Assembly: GCA_963753055.1 (NCBI GenBank)
Contig: CAVWAP010000002.1
Location: forward strand, 257,411-321,410
DNA length: 64,000 nucleotides
Direction: 5' to 3'
DNA from: an uncultured Bacteroidales bacterium
GTDB lineage: Bacteria; Bacteroidota; Bacteroidia; Bacteroidales; B18-G4
Shown piece by piece: positions 47,859 through 56,297 of the stretch (positions are counted from its first letter, which is position 1; every line of letters starts with the position of its first letter). Below the pieces are notes generated by a model. That model ran no database searches and was not told where the DNA came from. It saw nothing but the letters and a program-made list of their open reading frames with translations. Made by a program: the position numbers and the translations under genes.

Positions 47859-47900
47859 TTAGTGATTAGTGGTTGGTGGTTGGTGGTTGGTGGTTGGTGA
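47859..47900. repeat. tandem heptamer array (ttagtga ttagtgg ttggtgg x3 ttggtga)
   Basis: Six period-7 units lying 18-59 nt upstream of the 47841 start codon (minus strand). Confidence 0.85.
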
Positions 47901-48113
47901 AATAAGTTGCAGAAACTAATAATTGACTGATGAGACTTTGCAATTTCTGCAAATTACGGTAAGAGTTACATCATCAATAGTATTAAATATGACTTCTGCA
48001 GGTACATATTCATGAATTTCTTAAATGGTTTATAAAAAAGCGCTTCCCAGTCATTAATCAATTTTGTTTCATCTACTTCCCGGCTTAATTTTATATCATA
48101 AAATTTTTTAGTC

Positions 48114-48707
48114 ATGAAAAAATTAATATTAGCTATTTTGATAAGCAGTTTAATAATACCTGCAGCGCCAGCTCAAGAAACCATTACTTCAGACGTTCCC
48201 ACAAAAAAGACCTGGGCAGTTACTATGTACCTGGGATGGGCGATCGGAGGTCCGTGTAAACAAATAAATGACGCGATGATTGCCAATGGATTTGACGATC
48301 AGCAAGGAAGCGGCTGGTTTGGAGATTCTGATACAGATTATCCGCATACGGATCACTACAAACCTTCATGGATGATCAGTGCAAACTACAATCTGGAATC
48401 CCCTTTTTTAATTGGCATTACAGGAGGCATGACAAACCTTGGCTGTACACAAGGGTACAAGGTTGAAGCATGGGGACATCCCTTAGATGTTGAATATAAA
48501 CATACGAAAGTTGGATTCTTAATTGATTTCGGATTAAGATTCCCTAAAAAGTCACTTTTCTTTTTTGAACTGAATTGCCAGTACAGGTATGTTGGAAAAG
48601 CTGAAATTGGCCCCTTCAATGAAAATCCTTACCGTGATGAACTGCCAAATGTCGAAGTAACATACAATCATGTATTTATCGGTGGAGGATTTGGTGTTCG
48701 TTTTTAA
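48114..48707 (+). CDS. putative outer-membrane beta-barrel protein
   Basis: Signal peptide, alternating hydrophobic pattern, and a C-terminal ...GGGFGVRF aromatic terminus. Confidence 0.5.
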   Translation: MKKLILAILISSLIIPAAPAQETITSDVPTKKTWAVTMYLGWAIGGPCKQINDAMIANGFDDQQGSGWFGDSDTDYPHTDHYKPSWMISANYNLESPFLIGITGGMTNLGCTQGYKVEAWGHPLDVEYKHTKVGFLIDFGLRFPKKSLFFFELNCQYRYVGKAEIGPFNENPYRDELPNVEVTYNHVFIGGGFGVRF

Positions 48708-48811
48708 ATAAACTTCTCATTTATCCCCCCTAGATATCAGAATACCGAATTACAATTAACGATATCTGAATTTCTGCTCAGTGTTCACGGGTCAGTGTTC
48801 ACTGGCATTGC

Positions 48812-49090
48812 CTAGCCCCTATCTACTTCTTCCAGTATGAGTGTGTGAGGTTGTTCTAATACACCTGCTGATTTCATTGCCTCTCTCAGCTCAGTGGATT
48901 CGACAAATTGCTGCAAATTTTCAACGGACTGCCATTCATTGATCACATAGGCATTGTTTGATTCCCCGTGCAGCTGTCCTACGGAATAACTTAATTCACC
49001 TTTGGATTTACGGAATTCAAAGAAACCATCAAAGGCCTCTTTCCATTTCCCGAAGTCGTTCACTTTGTGATACATTACTGATTTTATCAT
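48812..49090 (-). CDS. small cytoplasmic hypothetical protein
   Basis: 92-aa ORF with no overlap to larger ORFs. No motif recognised. Confidence 0.45.
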   Translation of the reverse strand: MIKSVMYHKVNDFGKWKEAFDGFFEFRKSKGELSYSVGQLHGESNNAYVINEWQSVENLQQFVESTELREAMKSAGVLEQPHTLILEEVDRG

Positions 49091-49247
49091 AACTTAAAAG
49101 TTTAAAATTGATTGCTTAACTGATTTTGTATTCTCAAAAGTAAATCCGGAATTGGAAAATGATACTCAAATACAAGCTTTTAACAAGTTTTTAACTTATC
49201 GGGGTTCGTGGTGGGGGCTATACACGCTAAGAGCAGAATAACGATTC

Positions 49248-49293
49248 CTCGGCGGAGTTTATACTGAGCAAAGTCGAAGTACTCGGAACAAGC
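49248..49293 (-). repeat. REP-like module (see 22738), copy 3, reverse orientation
   Basis: ctcggcggagtttatactgagcaaagtcgaagtactcggaacaagc. Confidence 0.7.
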
Positions 49294-49330
49294 ATTTGAT
49301 TTTCTGTTCAGTGGTCAGTTATAATACTTT

Positions 49331-51586
49331 TTAATCTGACTCGTAAAATTCCTCATAAGCCTGTAATACTGTTAAATGAGAAATTAAATATGCCAGTGAG
49401 CTTTCTGCACCCTGGTTGCGGTTTACTCCATAACTTTCAAATCCGTCACAGCATCCCTGGGTCTCAAAATCATACAGGCTCATTCTCAGGTCATTTTCAC
49501 CCAGGAACCACAAAAATGAAATGTATAACTTATTGAGATAATCTTTATCCTTTGTTATATGAAAGGCTTGATGGTACATTAAAACCATGGCCATGGCATC
49601 AATTGGCTGTTGAGCAAAAACAGATCGTTCCCCCTCTTTTTCATACCATTTTTCATTTCCAATTATTGATAAGTAATTATTTGAAAGTGTATGTTTTGTC
49701 AGAAAGTTCATAGACTTAAGCGCCGTTTGTGTTATTTTATCATCGTTAAGTATTTCTGCTGAATGTAAAAGAGCTAAAGGCAAGATGCCATTATCGTAGG
49801 CAAGCAATGATTCAAACCATTTCCAATCAGGGGTTTCGTTTTCCTTATAATGTTTAATTAAGATTTGGGCCAAGTTTCGTAATCTTTCAGTCATTGAGTC
49901 ATCAGATGGATTGCTTTTCAGGTAATAACTTATCCCGATCATTGTATTTGCAATGCTCCTTATAGACTTTAATTTTTCAAAATTGGGAGATGCATTAAAA
50001 AATATCAATCTGCCTGTTTGATAATAAGCATCATTGGGCGCATTCCCTAACAGGTAACCCAATGCCCAAATGGTCCTGCCAAAAGAATCTTCGGAACCAA
50101 CTTCATCAAGAAAGTTTCTGCTAAAACTCAGAAAATTTCTGAAGCTGCCATCTGCATTTTGCATATAATGAATATAGCTCAGATAGATGGGCGATAATTC
50201 AAGGGCCTGAATATCTTTCTTTTGTCTGTATGCCATTAACACCATGAGTAAAGCCCTGGCATTATCATCCAGGCAATAGCCTTCTTTTAAGTTTGGAATG
50301 CCAAATTTTGCATGTTGGATGATACCTGTATCGTCTGTCAGACGAATGATATGATTTAGAGAAAAACGGGGTAGAATGAGTAAATCCAGCACAGTATCTT
50401 GCTTTATGACTACCTTATGTTCTTCCTTCAGAATGTTTTCAGCAAGCCTAATATACTTTTCTCCTATCTTAGGCCAGGTAATTTTTCGGCCATAATCAAG
50501 TGCTTTTCTTCTGAGTTCATTGAGCTCCTCAGGTTTATCTAAAAGTTCTGTTAAAATGGAGGTAAGGCCGTTGGAATCATTAAAATTAAAAAGCCTTCCT
50601 CTTCCATCTGCCAGCAACTCTGCAGCATGCCAGTATGGTGTTGAAATAACGGCCGAACCTACTCCAACAGCATAGGAAAGTGTTCCACTGGTAATTTGAG
50701 CTTCATTCAAATAGGGTGTTATGTAAATATCAGAAGCAGATAAATATTTGAACAAATCTTGCACATTAATAAATTCGTTAAGAAACATAACATGCTCTTC
50801 CAGATGAAGGCTTTTTACTAAACGCAATAAGAAAATGCGATATTCTTCACCTGAGTGCCGCAGAACATTGGGGTGGGTTTTGCCCAAAACGATATAAATA
50901 ACATCAGGATGTTTTTTAACAACTTCAGGCAATGCTTTTATTACCGTTTCGATTCCTTTGCTGCGTCCAATGAAACCGAAAGTAAGTAGCACTTTCTTAC
51001 TTTCAAGCTTAAACTCGTTTTTTGATTTTTCCTGGTTGAATTGAATGTCAGGCACGCCATGTTCTATAAAGACAATTTTTTCTTCCGGTACATTGTAAAT
51101 ACTCACCAGGAATTCAATTGCTTTATGGCTCATCACCACTATTTTATGTGCCATTTTGCATATTTCCTGCAAAACAGCTTTTTCGTTATAAGAGGGGGCT
51201 TTAACAATGGTATGTAGTGTTACAATAAGAGGAACTTCCAGTCTATGTAATAAAGGAAGGATATATACCCCATTTTGACCCCCGAAAATACCGAACTCAT
51301 GTTCAAGGATACAAAGATCAGCGCCACTTAGATTTATGAATTTAACAGCCTTTAAATAATCTTCCTGGTGTTCTTGCCTGATGGTCAGTTTTACTTCTTC
51401 CGGGTATTCATAAATAAGATTGTTGTCGTTTAATGCAACAACAAAACCCTCATACCCATCCTCCCTGCCTTCGTTGTGAACTAATATTGAGTTGAGCAGG
51501 TTTTTAGTGAAAGTACCAATGCCGCATTCCCTTGGCGGGTAGGTGCCAACAATTGCTATTTTAATTCTTTTCTCGTTACGCATCAC
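49331..51586 (-). CDS. GT4 (group 1) glycosyltransferase fused to a large C-terminal alpha-helical domain
   Basis: The N-terminal approx 390 aa have the GT-B pattern (EHEFGIFGG, FGFIGRSKGIE, ...TPYLNEAQITSGTLSYAVG). The C-terminal approx 360 aa are helix-rich and unassigned. Confidence 0.75.
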   Translation of the reverse strand: MMRNEKRIKIAIVGTYPPRECGIGTFTKNLLNSILVHNEGREDGYEGFVVALNDNNLIYEYPEEVKLTIRQEHQEDYLKAVKFINLSGADLCILEHEFGIFGGQNGVYILPLLHRLEVPLIVTLHTIVKAPSYNEKAVLQEICKMAHKIVVMSHKAIEFLVSIYNVPEEKIVFIEHGVPDIQFNQEKSKNEFKLESKKVLLTFGFIGRSKGIETVIKALPEVVKKHPDVIYIVLGKTHPNVLRHSGEEYRIFLLRLVKSLHLEEHVMFLNEFINVQDLFKYLSASDIYITPYLNEAQITSGTLSYAVGVGSAVISTPYWHAAELLADGRGRLFNFNDSNGLTSILTELLDKPEELNELRRKALDYGRKITWPKIGEKYIRLAENILKEEHKVVIKQDTVLDLLILPRFSLNHIIRLTDDTGIIQHAKFGIPNLKEGYCLDDNARALLMVLMAYRQKKDIQALELSPIYLSYIHYMQNADGSFRNFLSFSRNFLDEVGSEDSFGRTIWALGYLLGNAPNDAYYQTGRLIFFNASPNFEKLKSIRSIANTMIGISYYLKSNPSDDSMTERLRNLAQILIKHYKENETPDWKWFESLLAYDNGILPLALLHSAEILNDDKITQTALKSMNFLTKHTLSNNYLSIIGNEKWYEKEGERSVFAQQPIDAMAMVLMYHQAFHITKDKDYLNKLYISFLWFLGENDLRMSLYDFETQGCCDGFESYGVNRNQGAESSLAYLISHLTVLQAYEEFYESD

Positions 51587-51603
51587 TCATCAAAATTTTC
51601 ATG

Positions 51604-53697
51604 TTATGAAACTCTTTCTACGAACCACATCTCAATATCACCTTTGCCTTTGGTTTTTACTTTTCCTCTTGATGTGAATCTGAATGCCGGATCATCTTTG
51701 ATCAGCTCATAGGTGGATTGGGAAATATTTACTTTGCCGGTTTCTCCGGAGTTTTCCATGCGGGAGGCGGTATTAACGGTATCGCCCCAAATATCGTACT
51801 GGAACTTGGTGACCCCCACGATACCTGCGACAACAGGACCTGTATGGATGCCGACACGCATTTCAAAGGAAGATTTAGCTTCCAACTCACGTTGCTTTTT
51901 CATGTTGATCATACATTCCGTCATTTCAATTCCCGCCAATACCGTGTTTTTTACCGAATCAGCTGTGGGAACCGGAAGACCCCCGGCAGCCATATAAGAA
52001 TCCCCTATGGTTTTGATCTTTTCGATACCATGCTTTTTACAGATGCCATCAAATGATTCAAAACAGGTATTGATTTCTCCAACCAGATTTTCCGCACTTA
52101 GCTTTTCAGATATTTGTGTAAACTCCTTGAAATCGGTGAATAGAATGGATACCTTTTCAAAATTCCTTGCTTTGGCTTTACCTTTCTCCTTTAGTTCTTC
52201 GGCGATCTCTGCTGGTAAAATATTCAACAAGAGCTTGTCTGACCGCTCCTTTTCGTGTTCAATTGCTTTCTTGGCTCTTCTTACAAATACTATACGCATA
52301 TATAATCCGATTGCACCAATTAGCAAAATAATAGCTGATAATATGGAGATATTTCTGGTCCTGTTCTTCTTCCTTACTTCTGCTTCATGAGCCATCTGAA
52401 CCTTAAGTTTGTCTTCTTCCTGAATGAGACTGTCTGCCAATGCCTGCTTCTCAAATTCCATCTCCTGAAGCTTTTTAGCAGTTTCTTCAGCCTGGAGACT
52501 ACTATCTAACTTCACGATGCGTTCATGGTACACCAGGGCTGTATCGTTATTCCCCAAAGCTTTAAAAGCATTATAAAGGCATTGACAAGCATTCCTCTGC
52601 TCCAAAAGAATATTAATCTCTTCTGATGTCTGTAAGCTTCTTTTACACCAGATAATGGCTTGTCCATGATCATCTTGCTTATTATATGCTCTGCCTATGT
52701 TGGCCAGGATACCAGCCAATCCTCTTTTGTCGGAAATTTCCTCATAGATCTTGAAGCATTTCTGGTAATAATCCATGGCTTTGGCATAGTCACCCTGATA
52801 CATATAAATTTCTCCTATATTGTTGAATGTGCTGGCCATTCCTTTTCTATCGGAGATTTCCTCTTGTATCTTTAAACTTTTAAGGTGATAGTCAAGTGCC
52901 TTAGAATAGTTTTTTGTATTCATATAAATGAGGCCGATGTTGGATGAGATACCAGCCGATGCTTTTAGGTCAGAGATGTCCTCACATATTTTCAGGCTAC
53001 GCTGAAAACGTTCCAGTGCTTCTGGATAATCACCTCGTCTCATATAAATAAGTCCGATATTATTTAAGATTTGAGCAATTCCCCTGCTATCCAAGAATTC
53101 CTCTTTGATCCTCAGGCTTTGTTGGAATTTTTCCAGTGCCCTTGGATAATTGCCCTGATTCATGTAAATGAGTCCGATATTGTTCATGGAACCAGCCATT
53201 CCGCTTTTATCTGAGAGGCTCTTCTTGATCGTTAAACTTCTCTGGTGATATTCCAGGGCTTTGGGGAAGTTGCCTTGATTTGAATAAATAACGCCGATAT
53301 TGTTTAAAGTTTTGGACATTCCTTTATTATCGCAAATTCCTTCTGAAATCAGTAAACTTCGCTGGTAATAATCCAGTGCATCATCATATTCGCCTCTGAC
53401 AAGGTATGATCCCCCCTGAATGCTTAACGCACTTGTCATTTCTTTTTTGAAACCCTTTTCGCTGGCAAAGTCATACATCAGTTGCGCAAAATAATAGGCA
53501 CTATCTGGTTGTGAGTACAGGTATCCATATCTGGCAAAATCCTGTATGGCTTGAACCCTGCTGGAGTCTGAAGCGGTTTCATCATTCCAGACACTCCAGA
53601 GTGAGTCGAGGTTTGTCTGGGCCTGGGTTACAAGCGCAGAAAGCATGAAGAGAAAAAAAATCAGACTCTTTATTGTTTTACATACGATAAAATTCAT
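51604..53697 (-). CDS. TPR-repeat, membrane-anchored class III adenylate/guanylate cyclase
   Basis: Signal sequence, about 8 TPR units, one TM helix, then the cyclase core ILFTDFKEFT, KTIGDSYMAAGG, RVGIHTGPVVAGIVG and YDIWGDTVNTASRMES. Confidence 0.85.
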   Translation of the reverse strand: MNFIVCKTIKSLIFFLFMLSALVTQAQTNLDSLWSVWNDETASDSSRVQAIQDFARYGYLYSQPDSAYYFAQLMYDFASEKGFKKEMTSALSIQGGSYLVRGEYDDALDYYQRSLLISEGICDNKGMSKTLNNIGVIYSNQGNFPKALEYHQRSLTIKKSLSDKSGMAGSMNNIGLIYMNQGNYPRALEKFQQSLRIKEEFLDSRGIAQILNNIGLIYMRRGDYPEALERFQRSLKICEDISDLKASAGISSNIGLIYMNTKNYSKALDYHLKSLKIQEEISDRKGMASTFNNIGEIYMYQGDYAKAMDYYQKCFKIYEEISDKRGLAGILANIGRAYNKQDDHGQAIIWCKRSLQTSEEINILLEQRNACQCLYNAFKALGNNDTALVYHERIVKLDSSLQAEETAKKLQEMEFEKQALADSLIQEEDKLKVQMAHEAEVRKKNRTRNISILSAIILLIGAIGLYMRIVFVRRAKKAIEHEKERSDKLLLNILPAEIAEELKEKGKAKARNFEKVSILFTDFKEFTQISEKLSAENLVGEINTCFESFDGICKKHGIEKIKTIGDSYMAAGGLPVPTADSVKNTVLAGIEMTECMINMKKQRELEAKSSFEMRVGIHTGPVVAGIVGVTKFQYDIWGDTVNTASRMENSGETGKVNISQSTYELIKDDPAFRFTSRGKVKTKGKGDIEMWFVERVS

Positions 53698-53730
53698 GAT
53701 AGGATAAAGTTATGGTTTTTACATGATAAA

Positions 53731-53758
53731 TTGACAGTTGACAGTTGACAATTGACAA
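53731..53758. repeat. tandem heptamer array (ttgacag x2, ttgacaa x2)
   Basis: Four period-7 units lying 34-61 nt upstream of the cyclase start codon (minus strand). Confidence 0.8.
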
Positions 53759-53831
53759 TAATATGGCGCTATGTGTTATCTATGGGTATTCTATGTGTAT
53801 TCTAAGTTAAAGTCAAGTATTTTTTAGTTTT

Positions 53832-54824
53832 TCAAGCTGCATATTGTGCAATGGAAACATATGGAGTTCCTCTGGTTATTGTTGCAAAAACTCTTCCAAT
53901 TAATTTATTTCTCACGTTATTGATAACAATTTTCTTATGCTTTCCTTCATCTATCTTCTTTTTGAAGTATTGCCGTATTTCCGGGTCATGGTTGATTGCA
54001 GCCAATGCTGCGTTTGTAAGCAGTGCTTTAATCGTTTTATTAGCGTAATGACTGATCCTGGTTTGACCATGTATGCTTGTCCCTGAACTATGCTCAAAAG
54101 GAGCTGAACCCACATAGCAAGCAAACTTTCTTGCATTATCAAAATCTTCAAAGCAATTTGTATAAACAATCATATATGCCGCCGTAATCATCCCAATACC
54201 TTTCACCGAAGTTGCTAATTGATACTGATGTTTGATTTTATGATGTTGATCTATTTGCTGGATGATTTCATTTTCTATTTCTTGTATTTGTTTGGTATAA
54301 ACCCGGATCATTTTTTGTTGGTTTTTGATCAACACATCACTATTGCATAGCCCTAAATACTCTTTGGATTGCTCCATCGATGTTTTAAAGCTGGCTCGAT
54401 TCCTGGCTAACCTGGATCTATAAGAGAGCAAATACTTTAGCCTGACCAATTGTTTTGATCCCAAGGTGGTCATTCTTAACTTATCCTTGTGCAAAAAGGC
54501 ATATTCAGCAAGTCGGAAAGCATCAATCTGATCGTTCTTTCCCCTTTGTATGCCCAGAGATCTTTTTACCTGCAACCCACTAACCTTGGTATAATGTAAT
54601 CCTTTATCCTCACAAAACAATTGCAGCGGGAGATCATACATGCCAGTATGTTCAAAGCAAATGACTAAATCTTGTAAATCTTCCAGGTTTCTTTCCAACC
54701 AGATGATCATTTTCTTTAAACCTTTACTGTTGTTATCAAAAACTTCCTTGGTTCCCTTCCCATAAATACAAGCATCCAGTTTAGCTTTTGAAACATCAAT
54801 TCCTAAAAAAGTTCTTTTTTTCAT
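53832..54824 (-). CDS. IS110 family transposase (DEDD recombinase)
   Basis: GIDVSKAKLD and EHTGMYD N-terminal motifs. C-terminal SVKGIGMITAAYMIVYT....FACYVGSAPFEHSSG domain. Confidence 0.9.
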   Translation of the reverse strand: MKKRTFLGIDVSKAKLDACIYGKGTKEVFDNNSKGLKKMIIWLERNLEDLQDLVICFEHTGMYDLPLQLFCEDKGLHYTKVSGLQVKRSLGIQRGKNDQIDAFRLAEYAFLHKDKLRMTTLGSKQLVRLKYLLSYRSRLARNRASFKTSMEQSKEYLGLCNSDVLIKNQQKMIRVYTKQIQEIENEIIQQIDQHHKIKHQYQLATSVKGIGMITAAYMIVYTNCFEDFDNARKFACYVGSAPFEHSSGTSIHGQTRISHYANKTIKALLTNAALAAINHDPEIRQYFKKKIDEGKHKKIVINNVRNKLIGRVFATITRGTPYVSIAQYAA

Positions 54825-54851
54825 AACTTTGAGTGACTTTGTTTTTAAAAT

Positions 54852-54990
54852 AGTTGCATTAACTAAAACCTTTATTGGACCTTAAGTCCAAGATTCTAAC
54901 AAGTTCTTGCAACTGTGAATGGAAGAATGGGGACTAAAACGCATAATAGACCATCTGCCTTGCTCTATGCTTAGTTCACCCCATTCTTTC
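54852..54990 (-). ncRNA. candidate IS110 bridge/seek RNA (two stem-loops with internal loops)
   Basis: SL-A, 54922-54990: outer stem GAAGAATGGGG/CCCCATTCTT(T)C and inner stem GCATAGA/TCTAT(TA)TGC. SL-B, 54852-54914: outer stem AGTTGCA/TGCAACT and apical TTGGA..TCCAA. Folding was done by eye only. Confidence 0.45.
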
Positions 54991-55070
54991 TTTTTTCAAC
55001 AAAGCCAAAGATAACTTCAAATGAAAAAGGCTAAACTAAAGGTTTTCTATGCGTCTCTATGATGCTGGAT

Positions 55071-55119
55071 GGAACATGGAACATGGAACATGGTACATTG
55101 AACATTGAACATGGTACAT
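55071..55119. repeat. tandem heptamer array (ggaacat x3, ggtacat, tgaacat x2, ggtacat)
   Basis: Seven period-7 units. Confidence 0.85.
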
Positions 55120-55287
55120 CAAAAAACTGATCACAGGTCACTTTATTGAATGACTGGAATATGAAGTATATTTGAAGACTAGTTAAAATATCTACTAATT
55201 ATTACCTTATCATGAAAGTAATATTCGGTGCATTTTTAATTCAAATATTGTTTCTAAGCGTCAGTTGTGGCCAGGTAGAGACTAAGC

Positions 55288-56187
55288 ATGAAGAGGAAGG
55301 TGAAAGAGAGCATGGTGTATGATGAGCCGGTGTTTCGGCCCCCCAGTGAAGCGTACTCGCTGATCCTGCAGCCTACAGTTGGATGCTCCTGGAACCGCTG
55401 TGCTTTTTGCGAAATGTATTCCACCAAGAAATTCCGCATCCGTGAAATAAGTGAGCTTAAGAGAGAGATAAATGAGATCAGTTCGGTACATCCTGATATT
55501 AGAAAGGTGTTCCTTGCTGATGGTGATGCACTGGTTTTGCAACATGATTACCTTTTGGAATTATTGACAGAGCTGAATAAGTCTTTTACTAAACTTACAC
55601 GGGTATCAGCCTACGCCCTGCCAAAGGATATTCTGGCCAAAACGGATGAAGAATTATCCTCTCTTTGCAAGGCAGGGTTGAAGCTAATCTATGTAGGCAT
55701 TGAATCAGGGGATGATGAGGTCCTGCAGATGGTGAGCAAGAATGAAACAGCTGCAAGTACCGTTGAAGGCCTGCTCAAAGCAAAAAATGCCGGAATTAAA
55801 CTTTCGGTGATGATATTGAATGGCCTTGGCGGGAAATCTTTCAGCCGGCAACATGCTGAAAATTCAGCTCAGGTAATCAATATGATTCAGCCTGAATACT
55901 TGTCTACACTGGTATTAAGCTATCCTCGTGGTATTGACCACTTTAAAAAACGCTTTAAGGGAAGTTTTGATCCATGTGATATCAGAGACCTGCTGCAGGA
56001 GCTGATGCTATTCATCAATACCCTGGCCCTGGACCAAACAGTATTCCGAAGCGATCACGCATCGAATTATTTAGTGCTGAAAGGGATCCTCGGTCGCGAC
56101 AAGATGCGGATACTGTCTGAACTGAAAGAAGCACTTGCCAACCCTGATTCGGCCGACCTGAGGCCTGAATGGTTGAGGGGGTTATAA
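55288..56187 (+). CDS. radical SAM domain protein with CX4CX2C cluster motif
   Basis: FRPPSEAYSLILQPTVGCSWNRCAFCEMY, then the GDAL and IESGDDEVL motifs typical of the radical SAM core. The start could be M1 or M9. Confidence 0.8.
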   Translation: MKRKVKESMVYDEPVFRPPSEAYSLILQPTVGCSWNRCAFCEMYSTKKFRIREISELKREINEISSVHPDIRKVFLADGDALVLQHDYLLELLTELNKSFTKLTRVSAYALPKDILAKTDEELSSLCKAGLKLIYVGIESGDDEVLQMVSKNETAASTVEGLLKAKNAGIKLSVMILNGLGGKSFSRQHAENSAQVINMIQPEYLSTLVLSYPRGIDHFKKRFKGSFDPCDIRDLLQELMLFINTLALDQTVFRSDHASNYLVLKGILGRDKMRILSELKEALANPDSADLRPEWLRGL

Positions 56188-56228
56188 TTAAACACAATCG
56201 ATTTTCTGTTCAATGTTCACTAATCCTA

Positions 56229-56283
56229 TTGACTAACCTTCTGAATTTCACTATCTTTATAAGACCACCTGACCAATAAAGTG
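56229..56283 (+). promoter_or_regulatory. shared upstream promoter-like module, copy 2
   Basis: ttgactaaccttctgaatttcactatctttataagaccacctgaccaataaagtg. Compare 4915-4969. Confidence 0.4.
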
Positions 56284-56297
56284 AGTTAGACCCGGTA

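Larger units (their letters stand above)
53775..55062 (-). mobile_element. IS110-family insertion sequence (ends approximate)
   Basis: Transposase ORF plus an approx 240-nt structured 5' non-coding end. CTATG repeats occur at both boundaries, and host heptamer arrays resume on both sides. Confidence 0.45.

Noticed and set aside
55071-55119. Tandem short repeats considered as possible CRISPR arrays (also 31400, 47859 and 53731).
   Set aside because: Period is 7 nt with no spacers, total length is under 50 nt, and there are no cas genes. These are microsatellite-like arrays, not CRISPR.
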